DNA of 64,000 nucleotides from Escherichia coli (GTDB lineage Bacteria; Pseudomonadota; Gammaproteobacteria; Enterobacterales; Enterobacteriaceae): NCBI RefSeq assembly GCF_001677475.2, contig NZ_CP015229.1; one strand, 5' to 3'. Shown piece by piece: positions 54,101 to 63,330 of this stretch (position 1 is its first letter; each line of letters starts with the position of its first letter). The notes under the pieces were generated by a model. It saw only the letters and a program-made list of their open reading frames with translations, ran no database searches and was not told where the DNA came from. The position numbers and the translations under genes were made by a program.

Positions 54101-55932
54101 CTACAGTTGTACAACAGGAGCCTTATGAACTGCAGATTATCTTCGATTTAATCAATGCAGAGCCTAGAACACAATCTAGCAATGCCTGGATGTTATCAAA
54201 AGGCAAAATATGGTCGCTGAAATTCACAGCACAACTATCAGTGCCTCCTTCTCATTTTATGCCAGACTTCAGCGTCTGGCATCTTGTGCTATGGCAGGAA
54301 GGCGCTCATGTCAGGATTGAAATGTATCCCGACAAAACAGAGGGGATATCGGCTACGTTCCAGCATCAAAGCTATAACTATACAGTGGGGTCCCAACGTG
54401 CTTGGGCTACTGGAAACCCATGCCTTGAAAATACCCCTGCAGTGTTCGGACGTGACCAATGGGGAGATGAGCCTGAGGAGCTGACTGCCAGAGTTAGCTG
54501 GCGACTTAGCAGACTGTTGCACTGGATTGATGCAGCTGCGCTAGGGAATCTTGCTATCACGGGTGACCCACTGGAATTACCCGCGTTCTTTGGACAGTCT
54601 CCGTTTTCACTGCTCGGCTTCATAGAAAAGCCGGAGGATCTGGCATACTGGCAATCCCTGACAGGAAAATGGGGTTACGTAAGTAGTAGTAGTTTGCCAG
54701 GGGCTCGGGGAACACGTTTCATACGAGAGTTTTTTGATAACGATGAGAGACTGCTCCGAACATCGGAATGGTCCCCGTTCATGCGCAAAAGGACAAAGAT
54801 CAAAGACACTGTCTGGTTTATGTTACCTGCCCTCCCAGTCATAGAGCCATGGCAAGCCCCACGAACGTGGGAGGAGCTTAATCAGTGCATTGAAAACTTA
54901 GGCTTATCTCTCCAGGACCTTTTTGCTGGTATAGGTCATTCTGTAAGAAAATCCCCTCGCCGACGCAATCCCGGGATACTTATGCTCGGATTCCCGCTAC
55001 AGGACAAAGTTGGGGAAAAACCACAGCGCATTCACTGGTTGGCGCTACGATTAACAGGCATTAGCGGCAGAATGACCACACGTAATGGATTCCGCCCAAC
55101 AGAACACAATCGGAGAGCCTGGGATCGCGAACAACCATTGTCGCCGGAACCCATAAAATGGATTCGGGCACAAAATTGGGCTTCCGACCAGCTCAGAACC
55201 CGAGGCGAAGCAGGTAATGACATTAGAAGCAAAAAGATACTGATCATTGGTGCTGGTTCGCTTGGAAGCGTAATAGCGGAAAACCTGATGCGCATAGGGG
55301 TTGTGTCTCTGGGGATCCTGGACTCAGATCATATCCAAGTTGGTAATCTGAGCCGTCATGCACTGACCATGACGACAGTGGGCAATAATAAAGCCTCGGC
55401 ACTTGTTGATCATCTGAATCGCATTTTGCCAGATGCAAGAGCGCGTTCTTTTGATTGTGATTTTCCGCCGGAAAGTGAGTTTGTTAAAAGTTCACTACGT
55501 AGGTATGACGTCATTATTGATTGCACAGGAGCAGACAACGTACTTAAGGCGATGGCTGAATTTGACTGGCAAAGCGAGAAAGTCTTCGTCAGTCTGGCTA
55601 TGACATGGAGAGCAGAAGGTCTCTTCGCTTATGCGGCCAGTGAAACAACATTTCCGGTCATTGATGCTACAACCCACTTCAGAAATTCACCTTCGCCAGA
55701 AATAGACTTAAATGATGCCAGAATCGAAGGCGTAGGTTGCTGGCATCCGGTCTTTCCAGCCCGGGCAGACGACGTACATTTATGGGCTGCCATCAGTATA
55801 AAATTCATTAGCAGGGTCGTAAGCACACCAGGGAGAGTGTATGAATATTTTAAGCAAATGCCGGATGGCACTATTGAGCGACAACCCTATGAATATTGTA
55901 AGCGTAAACCGACCGCCGTATGTAGCCATTAG
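54097..55932 (+). CDS. cap2: CBASS Cap2 (E2-like + E1/ThiF-like fusion); last 11 codons supplied by the IS66 left end
   Basis: 611-aa ORF; ThiF/E1 Rossmann motif KKILIIGAGSLGSVIAENL and IIDCTGADN; overlaps CD-NTase stop; only a TTG (54097) or a downstream ATG (~54190) is available as start. Confidence 0.8.
   Translation: MTTVVQQEPYELQIIFDLINAEPRTQSSNAWMLSKGKIWSLKFTAQLSVPPSHFMPDFSVWHLVLWQEGAHVRIEMYPDKTEGISATFQHQSYNYTVGSQRAWATGNPCLENTPAVFGRDQWGDEPEELTARVSWRLSRLLHWIDAAALGNLAITGDPLELPAFFGQSPFSLLGFIEKPEDLAYWQSLTGKWGYVSSSSLPGARGTRFIREFFDNDERLLRTSEWSPFMRKRTKIKDTVWFMLPALPVIEPWQAPRTWEELNQCIENLGLSLQDLFAGIGHSVRKSPRRRNPGILMLGFPLQDKVGEKPQRIHWLALRLTGISGRMTTRNGFRPTEHNRRAWDREQPLSPEPIKWIRAQNWASDQLRTRGEAGNDIRSKKILIIGAGSLGSVIAENLMRIGVVSLGILDSDHIQVGNLSRHALTMTTVGNNKASALVDHLNRILPDARARSFDCDFPPESEFVKSSLRRYDVIIDCTGADNVLKAMAEFDWQSEKVFVSLAMTWRAEGLFAYAASETTFPVIDATTHFRNSPSPEIDLNDARIEGVGCWHPVFPARADDVHLWAAISIKFISRVVSTPGRVYEYFKQMPDGTIERQPYEYCKRKPTAVCSH
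55890..55897. repeat. 8-bp target-site duplication TGAATATT, left copy
   Basis: Identical octamer directly abuts both ends of the IS66 element (second copy 58403-58410). Confidence 0.85.
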
Positions 55933-55982
55933 ACAAGAATTGGTAACTTAGACGCCCATCTGACACAGACGGACATCTAAGT

Positions 55983-56402
55983 ATGGAATTACAGGACTGG
56001 CGAAAAGAACCTCGTAAAAAGTATTCGAATGAATTCAAACTTCGTATGGTTGAACTGGCATCACAACCCGGTGCTTGTGTGGCTCAGATTGCACGAGAAA
56101 ATGGCGTCAATGATAATGTTATTTTCAAATGGCTCAGACTCTGGCAAAACGAAGGGCGTATATCACGGCGTCTTCCGGTGACAACCACTTCTGATGCAGG
56201 CCTTGAATTATTACCTGTAGAGATAACCTCTGATGAGCCGAAAGAACCGATGGCTGCTCTTACTCCGCCCTTATCCACTCAGACTACTGTCAGTGCCAGC
56301 TCCTGCAAGGTGGAGTTCCGTCACGGTAACATGACGCTGGAAAATCCTTCACCAGAGCTGCTCACTGTATTGATTCGTGAACTGACCGGGAGGGGAAGAT
56401 GA
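55983..56402 (+). CDS. IS66-family accessory protein TnpA (orf1)
   Basis: 139-aa ORF MELQDWRKEPRKKYSNEFKLRMVEL...; first gene of IS66 arrangement. Confidence 0.8.
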   Translation: MELQDWRKEPRKKYSNEFKLRMVELASQPGACVAQIARENGVNDNVIFKWLRLWQNEGRISRRLPVTTTSDAGLELLPVEITSDEPKEPMAALTPPLSTQTTVSASSCKVEFRHGNMTLENPSPELLTVLIRELTGRGR

Positions 56403-56749
56403 TCTCACTCCCATCCGGTACCCGTATCTGGCTCGTTGCCGGGATAACCGATATGCGTAAGTCTTTCAACGGGCTGGGTGAACAGGTACAGCATGTGTTA
56501 AATGTTAATCCCTTCTCCGGTCACCTGTTTATCTTCCGTGGCCGACGGGGTGACACCGTTAAAATTCTTTGGGCTGATGCTGATGGTCTGTGCCTGTTCA
56601 CCAAACGCCTGGAGGAAGGCCAGTTTATCTGGCCTGCGGTGCGTGACGGTAAGGTATCCATTACCCGCTCGCAACTGGCAATGCTCCTCGATAAGCTGGA
56701 CTGGCGTCAGCCAAAAACATCCCGCCTTAACGCCCTGACAATGTTGTAA
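56399..56749 (+). CDS. IS66-family TnpB (orf2)
   Basis: 116-aa ORF MISLPSGTRIWLVAGITDMRKSFNGL..., 4-bp overlap with orf1. Confidence 0.8.
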   Translation: MISLPSGTRIWLVAGITDMRKSFNGLGEQVQHVLNVNPFSGHLFIFRGRRGDTVKILWADADGLCLFTKRLEEGQFIWPAVRDGKVSITRSQLAMLLDKLDWRQPKTSRLNALTML

Positions 56750-56779
56750 AAAACGCCTGGCCGCATTATAAAAACGGCC

Positions 56780-58372
56780 ATGAGTCAGAAATACCTCATT
56801 CGCATTGCAGAACTGGAAAGCCAGCTCCGTCAGAAAGACCAGCAACTGAGTCTGGTTGAAGAGACGGAGGCCTTCCTGCGCTCTGCACTGGCACGTGCCG
56901 AAGAAAAGATCGAAGAAGATGAACGGGAAATAGAACATCTGCGGGCTCAGATAGAAAAACTGCGCCGGATGCTGTTCGGTACCCGTTCTGAAAAACTGCG
57001 TCGTGAAGTTGAACAGGCTGAGGCCCTGCTGAAACAACGCGAACAGGACAGCGATCGTTACAGTGGGCGGGAAGACGATCCACAGGTTCCCCGCCAGTTG
57101 CGACAGTCGCGCCATCGTCGTCCGTTACCGGCACACCTTCCCCGTGAAATACACCGTCTGGAGTCTGAAGAAAGTTGTTGCCCGGAATGTGGCGGCGAGC
57201 TGGATTATCTGGGGGAAGTCAGTACTGAGCAGCTGGAACTGGTGAGCAGCGCCCTGAAAGTGATCCGCACAGAACGGGTAAAAAAAGCCTGTACAAAATG
57301 TGACTGCATCATTGAAGCACCGGCGCCGTCCCGCCCGATAGAGCGTGGTATCGCGGGCCCCGGATTACTTGCCCGCGTGTTAACGGGAAAATACTGCGAA
57401 CACCTGCCACTGTATCGTCAGAGTGAAATCTTTGCCCGACAGGGTGTCGAACTGAGCCGTGCATTACTCTCCAACTGGGTTGACGCGTGCTGCCAGTTAA
57501 TGATGCCGCTGAATGATGCCCTGTACCGTTATGTGATGAATACCCGCAAGCTTCACACTGACGACACACCGGTAAAGGTACTGGCACCGGGCTTGAAAAA
57601 GACGAAAACAGGGCGCATCTGGACGTATGTCCGGGATGATCGCAATGCGGGTTCGTCATCTCCTCCGGCGGTCTGGTTCGCGTACTCACCGAACCGGCAG
57701 GGGAAACACCCGGAGCAACACCTCCGCCCCTTCCGGGGTATCCTGCAGGCGGATGCGTTCACAGGTTATGACAGGCTGTTCAGTGCAGAACGTGAAGGTG
57801 GTGCGCTGACAGAAGTTGCGTGCTGGGCCCATGCCCGGAGAAAAATCCACGATGTATACATCAGCAGCAAAAGTGCGACGGCAGAAGAAGCCCTGAAGCG
57901 AATCAGTGAACTGTACGCCATCGAGGATGAAATACGGGGATTACCAGAGTCAGAGCGTCTTGCAGTCAGACAGCAGCGAAGCAAAGCGTTACTGACGTCG
58001 CTGCATGAATGGATGGTGGAGAAGAATGGCACGCTGTCGAAAAAATCCAGACTGGGCGAAGCGTTCAGCTATGTACTGAATCAGTGGGACGCCCTCTGTT
58101 ATTACAGTGATGACGGACTGGCGGAGACGGACAATAACACAGCGGAAAGAGCGCTTCGTGCAGTCTGTCTTGGAAAGAAAAATTACGTGTTCTTCGGTAG
58201 CGATCACGGTGGCGAGCGTGGTGCACTGCTATACGGGCTGATCGGCACCTGCCGTCTGAACGGTATCGATCCGGAAGCGTATCTGCGCCATATTCTGAGC
58301 GTACTGCCGGAATGGCCCTCCAACCGTGTTGACGAACTCCTGCCATGGAACGTGGTTCTCACCAATAAATAA
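56780..58372 (+). CDS. IS66-family transposase TnpC
   Basis: 530-aa ORF with N-terminal coiled-coil, CPECGGEL zinc-finger-like motif and DDE-type core. Confidence 0.85.
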   Translation: MSQKYLIRIAELESQLRQKDQQLSLVEETEAFLRSALARAEEKIEEDEREIEHLRAQIEKLRRMLFGTRSEKLRREVEQAEALLKQREQDSDRYSGREDDPQVPRQLRQSRHRRPLPAHLPREIHRLESEESCCPECGGELDYLGEVSTEQLELVSSALKVIRTERVKKACTKCDCIIEAPAPSRPIERGIAGPGLLARVLTGKYCEHLPLYRQSEIFARQGVELSRALLSNWVDACCQLMMPLNDALYRYVMNTRKLHTDDTPVKVLAPGLKKTKTGRIWTYVRDDRNAGSSSPPAVWFAYSPNRQGKHPEQHLRPFRGILQADAFTGYDRLFSAEREGGALTEVACWAHARRKIHDVYISSKSATAEEALKRISELYAIEDEIRGLPESERLAVRQQRSKALLTSLHEWMVEKNGTLSKKSRLGEAFSYVLNQWDALCYYSDDGLAETDNNTAERALRAVCLGKKNYVFFGSDHGGERGALLYGLIGTCRLNGIDPEAYLRHILSVLPEWPSNRVDELLPWNVVLTNK

Positions 58373-58402
58373 GCGTCAATACGGTGCTCCGTTGACGCTT
58401 AC

Positions 58403-58410
58403 TGAATATT
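58403..58410. repeat. 8-bp target-site duplication TGAATATT, right copy
   Basis: Exact match to 55890-55897. Confidence 0.85.
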
Positions 58411-58416
58411 AAGTAT

Positions 58417-58890
58417 GTGACATTTTCCTGCGTAAGCGCAGAGTATACAGCCAATCTCAGTTCCTCTTCACTGCAGCAAATGATTGATGAATGTATCAAA
58501 GCAGGTACGAATGAAACCGGAGGTATTTTAATAGGCTCTTACAGTGAAGACGGTTCTACCGCTTTTATTGTGGAAGCCACAGCAAGGCCCGATGACTCCC
58601 TTGTCGGAAGAACGACATTTCAGCGCGGTGTAAAGGGGCTGAAATCTTTGCTCGATTCCCGCTGGAAAACAGGGCAGTACTATGTTGGTGAGTGGCATTT
58701 CCATCCAGGAGGTTCTTCAGAACCCAGCCCTGACGATTTTGTGTCAATGAAAAACATCTCATCAAATCCTAATTACCAATGTCGGGAACCTGTGATGATC
58801 ATTCTAGGTGGTGATCCGTCAGGGGCATACACTCTTTGCGCCAATGTATTCCCTCGCGGTAAACCACCTATAAGGCTCTCTCAGGAATGA
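58417..58890 (+). pseudogene. cap3: CBASS Cap3 (JAB/JAMM deubiquitinase-like) body, separated from its native start codon by the IS66 insertion
   Basis: 157-aa ORF with JAMM motif (E in NETGGIL; GEWHFHPGGSSEPSPDD). Removing the IS and one TSD copy restores ATG-AAT-ATT-AAG-TAT-GTG..., an ATG at 55889 overlapping the native cap2 stop; present copy can only start at GTG 58417 with no obvious RBS. Confidence 0.75.
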
Positions 58891-59215
58891 GAATTATGAA
58901 GGAAAATCTTTCCTGAACCTGAAAACCGTTACCGAAAATGGCCACACGAAATTGATGTAAATTGCGGGTAAATTTTAGGCGCCACAGTAAGAATATCATT
59001 CAAATTCTTGCTGTTACTATGGATGTTCGGGCATAAATATACCTGCCAATAAGGTGAAGCATCCGCGATTTTAGTCGAGTCTGCTCACCCATAGGGCGTT
59101 AAATATTATTTTTTTCATTTCGAACATAAGTATATTTCATAACACAGGCGAGTGCTGATTTAAAAACCGGCCATATTTCAATGTACGTTATTAACGCCCT
59201 CAAAAATATATTTTT

Positions 59216-59887
59216 CTACTTACGCACCGTAGGACGTCCTCTATAGCTAACGCAGCGACCTGCATCAAGTAACTTTTGAATTCTGTCGATCCTTTGCTTT
59301 GAGAGCAAAATAATCTGAAATTGCCATGAAAATAAAAAATTCATTATCATAGAGAATAGCAATCCACCAATGTCCGGAGCTAACGCCAACCAGGTGCTGA
59401 AGATCCTGCTGTCACGCACTGTCATCGTATCCACTAAGATAATGAGATTAACAAATGTAGTTACAGACAAATAATAACAGAATAGCATGGCGCATAAACA
59501 CAGGAGGCCACTCCCCCATCGATTTCTCGCGAATTTATACGCATCGGAATATCCGACAAAAATCTTGCCTCCGGATTCATTAAAACTGAATATATCGAGG
59601 ATCTTTCGGCCATAAGAAATTAGCTGAATAATTTCGAAAGCATTATCGTAACAAAGTAATTTTTTTAAAACCGTAGCCGGTATTGGCCTGCTGCTGTGTA
59701 TCCTTGATATACAGGCCTGAACAACATACGGATTTGGATTGTTATTAGATAATTCTTTTGAAAGTGCATCAATAATACCTGTTTTGTTTTTAGCGCTACC
59801 GTGAATAAAATTAACCAGTAATGCCAGGACAGAAACAAGGATGGGTAAAAAAGAAACAGCATATTTGATCATGATTATAAAATCCAT
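59216..59887 (-). CDS. hypothetical membrane protein (2-3 predicted TM helices), AT-rich
   Basis: 223-aa ORF with hydrophobic segments; no recognisable motif; convergent with cap3. Confidence 0.35.
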   Translation of the reverse strand: MDFIIMIKYAVSFLPILVSVLALLVNFIHGSAKNKTGIIDALSKELSNNNPNPYVVQACISRIHSSRPIPATVLKKLLCYDNAFEIIQLISYGRKILDIFSFNESGGKIFVGYSDAYKFARNRWGSGLLCLCAMLFCYYLSVTTFVNLIILVDTMTVRDSRIFSTWLALAPDIGGLLFSMIMNFLFSWQFQIILLSKQRIDRIQKLLDAGRCVSYRGRPTVRK

Positions 59888-60245
59888 TGAAGATAAGAAA
59901 AACTAACACCCCAAAATTATTCAAGTATAATCAGGCGATATCCCCGAACATAACCAGTGAAGTACATTGTGTAGATTAAGACATTATGTTACGTCAGGAT
60001 TTAACTGGCAATGCTAGTCGCACCTCATTTTTGCGATGGTATAACGGGAATAGCGCTTTATCTATGAAAATTTTGAAGTTATGAGACATAGAATCTTATT
60101 TTGATAGTGACTGGCACAATAAAATGAAAGACGTTAAACCGAAACAGATAATCTGTGTCGAGAGTGGGCTATTATTCAACGGTAATAACACCACCTTCAG
60201 AAAAGGTGGTGTTTGGGGAGAGATTGAATCAGCTCCCCTTAAGCC

Positions 60246-60430
60246 TGAATCAAACGTTTAAACAAAAGCTGCTGCATATCCTGCCTGTGAGCCAGGATAG
60301 CATGCACGGTCACACCGTTGTCTTCCACTGAATAAAGTACACGATATCCATCAGCGCTGTTGAACTCACGGTACCTAGCGCGTCCACTAACGACATTGAC
60401 GCAACTCCCGCACCCATGCCCCGCCCTCGT
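60246..60430 (-). pseudogene. RelE/ParE-family toxin remnant (C-terminal part only)
   Basis: Minus-strand frame encodes ...RYREFNSADGYRVLYSVEDNGVTVHAILAHRQDMQQLLFKRLIQA*, resembling the RelE/ParE C-terminal core; no start codon or N-terminal region. Confidence 0.35.
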
Positions 60431-60566
60431 CCATCTTTATCCGTGGACACCAAGGCCTGAGCGGGCATTCGGATACGAAAACCACTTTACCTGCACTGCA
60501 GGTGCCCCGTATTTCCGTCACCCTCAGGTTGGACCCTGTAAATAATTCTGTGTAACTGCCACCGTA

Positions 60567-61667
60567 TTAAAGGTGATCGCGCAGGCGGTCACCGAACACA
60601 ATAATAAAACGGCTCATTGCCAGCCGCCAGTTCTGGATAGGCATACTCCATTTTTTCGACGCATCCTTGATCGCCAGATAAATAACCTTGCGTACCGAGT
60701 CGTCAGTCGGAAACACCTTGCGTTTTTTGATGGCTGCACGGATAACGCTGTTCAGCGACTCGATGGCATTCGTGGTGTAAATTGCCTTGCGAATATCAGC
60801 CGGGTAACCGAAGAACGTATTGAGGTTTTCCCAATGCGCACGCCAGCTTTTGCTGATTTGCGGATATTTATCGTCCCAGACTTTCACGAACGCATCGAGC
60901 ACCATCAGCGCGGCCTCTTCGGTCAGGGCCTGAAACTGTTTTCAGGCCGCTGGTGACGGCTTTGTAGTCCTTCCAGGACACGTATTTCAGGCTGTTACGC
61001 ACCATACGGATGATGCACAGCTGGATATGGGTCTGAGGGTAGACGCTGTTGATTGCATCCGGGAAGCCCTTAAGGCCGTCCACACAGGCTATCAGGATGT
61101 CCTGCAGGCCCCGTTTTTTTCAGCTCCGTCAGTACAGCGCCTTCGTTTTCGGCCAGCCTCATACCCAGTAATTCTTTCTGACCTTGGGTGTTGATGCCCA
61201 GCGCAAGGAACACTGCTTTATTCATCACGCTGCCATTCTGACGGACTTTTACGACAATGCAGTCCATATTAACAATGGGATACAACGCATCCAATTGCCG
61301 GTTTTGCCACTCGTTGACCGGCTCTTTGACGGCGTCGGTGACTTTAGATATCAGCGTGGGCGATACATCGGCATCGTACATCACTTTAAAGGTGGCGACG
61401 ATTTCGCGCGTGCTCATGCCTTTGGCATACAGGGATAAAATCTGGCTGTCCATCTGCGTGATAGTGTTTTTGACGAGTAGCCATTGCGGGTGTTCGAGCC
61501 TGTTTTGGGGCATTTTTCTCATGCCCGAGATGGTCAGTCAGCTCCGCATTGAGCGCTGTTTCGACGGTTAACTTCGTCAGCATACAGGAAAACTGATTGA
61601 GGTCGGCTACGGTTTTAAGACCTTTGGCCAGTTCAGCCGCAAGGGCCCTGAGTTTCTTGTCGTCCAT
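60567..61667 (-). pseudogene. IS256-family (mutator-type) transposase gene broken by frameshifts
   Basis: Four consecutive minus-strand ORF pieces (60567-60905, 60868-61083, 61070-61522, 61386-61667) together cover an IS256-like transposase (MDDKKLRALAAELAKGLKTVADLNQF..., DGLKGFPDAINSVYPQTHIQLCIIRMVRN, ...WRAHWENLNTFFGYPADIRKAIYTTNAIESLN). Confidence 0.7.
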
Positions 61668-61763
61668 AATTTGCCTGTCTCCATTGTTGGAGTTAACATA
61701 TCAAAAACAGGCAATTACACAATTTTAATTACAGGCTCCGTCATTCTGCCAGCATGATAGAAA

Positions 61764-62210
61764 TTAATAATAAACCCCATGCTCCAGGCGTGTGATCAAT
61801 TTTATGATCTCGTAAGCCCCGGTTTCGGATGCCATTAGTTCTGATGGTTCTTTCCAGTTCAGTACCATATTCGGCGACTTTAACCATTTGCAGGCTCCCT
61901 CTTTGTCACCTTCGAATAGTTCTACCGCCCTGTCAATAATGCGGATACAACGCACCAGCCGTTCGCTGTGTGTGGCACTGAATCGAGTTCTCAGGCTGCG
62001 GCTGAAAGCTTTTGGCGGAATACCGGACATTTTGCATAAGTCTGCTTGCGATATCTTCGCCCAATCAATGATTAGTTGAGCAACCCTGCCATCCAGGCCT
62101 TCTCTAATCTGCCCAAGAAGAGACATACCAGTCGAGTGTTTTAACCCAGCTACTTGCCATAGGTGTGGCGACCTGGGCTGTGATGTTGACAGTTTAAATA
62201 TTTTCATCAT
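61764..62210 (-). CDS. Xre/MbcA/ParS-like antitoxin with DUF2384 toxin-binding domain, orphan
   Basis: 148-aa ORF; C-terminal KWLKSPNMVLNWKEPSELMASETGAYEIIKLITRLEHGVYY matches the DUF2384 pattern; the expected downstream toxin position is occupied by the IS256 remnant. Confidence 0.5.
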   Translation of the reverse strand: MMKIFKLSTSQPRSPHLWQVAGLKHSTGMSLLGQIREGLDGRVAQLIIDWAKISQADLCKMSGIPPKAFSRSLRTRFSATHSERLVRCIRIIDRAVELFEGDKEGACKWLKSPNMVLNWKEPSELMASETGAYEIIKLITRLEHGVYY

Positions 62211-63330
62211 TACCCGCCTTCCGATAATTCAGGCTTTTCAAAATAAATATTATATTAAAAGATCAGTCATATATACGACATGCTGATATCACTGGCACTG
62301 ATTCTAATATCCAGTATTTAAACAGTTTTTCTTAAGACGAAGGTACTGTTTACCCGGAACCTGCAGAACAATTAATGAAAACTACTGGTAGAATTAAAAT
62401 GTAAGGGCAATTTTTATTATCCAACTAATAGTTTTTTTGACTAAAAGGTTGATTGGCGGCCTTATCCCCTTCTGAAAGCACTATCAAAGGGAGCAATACG
62501 ATGGTTTATTGTTGCTCCTGATATGTCTGACGGGATCCTATGGCACAGGAAAGAGATCCATGTCAAAAAACATCGAATGAACTGACCACATCAAGCGGAG
62601 GATAGCATTCTAACCATATGATTACATTAACCTTCTACTCCTCCGCACACCAGAAATTATGCCACATTTCCACATCTTAATTTCGGCCGACTTACCACCA
62701 TTGGTGTGTGATTGCTACGTAGTATCCAGTATACCCCACAGACTTAGCATGCGTTGCAATTTAAACTGGTTCCATGAATCTCCAGACAGTTGGTATCACT
62801 TACCTGAGTGATAGCCTTAACACTCGTTTTTAAACCAGCAGCTAGAACCCGATATGATTGTGTCGAGGGTCGCATGTCAGCATGATGTGCTGCCAGTCAG
62901 CTGTTCCTGCGGCGTTAACTGAATCAGGAAGACAGCCTCACTGCCGTTGCCGCTGGTGAACTCGTTGCGTCCGCGTAGGGGCAGTCATCGACGATGAAGA
63001 AAATCGGAGAGCTAAAGCTCCTGCCGGGCAAGAAAAACATGGGAAACTGGTTACTGAAAAGGTCGTTGAATATGGCTGGCAAAAAAAATAGATTATGCAC
63101 ATGCCCTTATTACCCCGGAACGGCGAATTAGACTTATCAGGCTTTGTCACGAGATCTCACATGCACAACTGCATACCATGGCCCATCCTTCGAAGAACTA
63201 GTCGGAACGTCTGTTAAACCTTCGGCAATTCAGTTTTAAAATTGATAGCAGTTAATCCCACTAAATGGTTTACCCGTTTAATTATGTCAGCAAAAACAAA
63301 AAGTTACTTTTCATGGGTATGGATAAAGTC

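Larger units (their letters stand above)
55898..58402 (+). mobile_element. IS66-family insertion sequence (complete, 2505 bp, three ORFs)
   Basis: Imperfect terminal inverted repeats beginning GTAAGCG at both ends; three-gene IS66 layout; exact 8-bp direct repeats flanking. Confidence 0.85.

Noticed and set aside
56498..57689. Minus-strand ORFs of 112-205 aa within the IS66 element
   Set aside because: Antisense to the IS66 tnpB and tnpC genes; no transposase motifs.
62220..63330. 70-aa and 92-aa ORFs in the 1.1-kb AT-rich stretch before the tniQ-like gene
   Set aside because: Low-complexity products in an AT-rich non-coding region; more likely regulatory or spacer DNA than genes.
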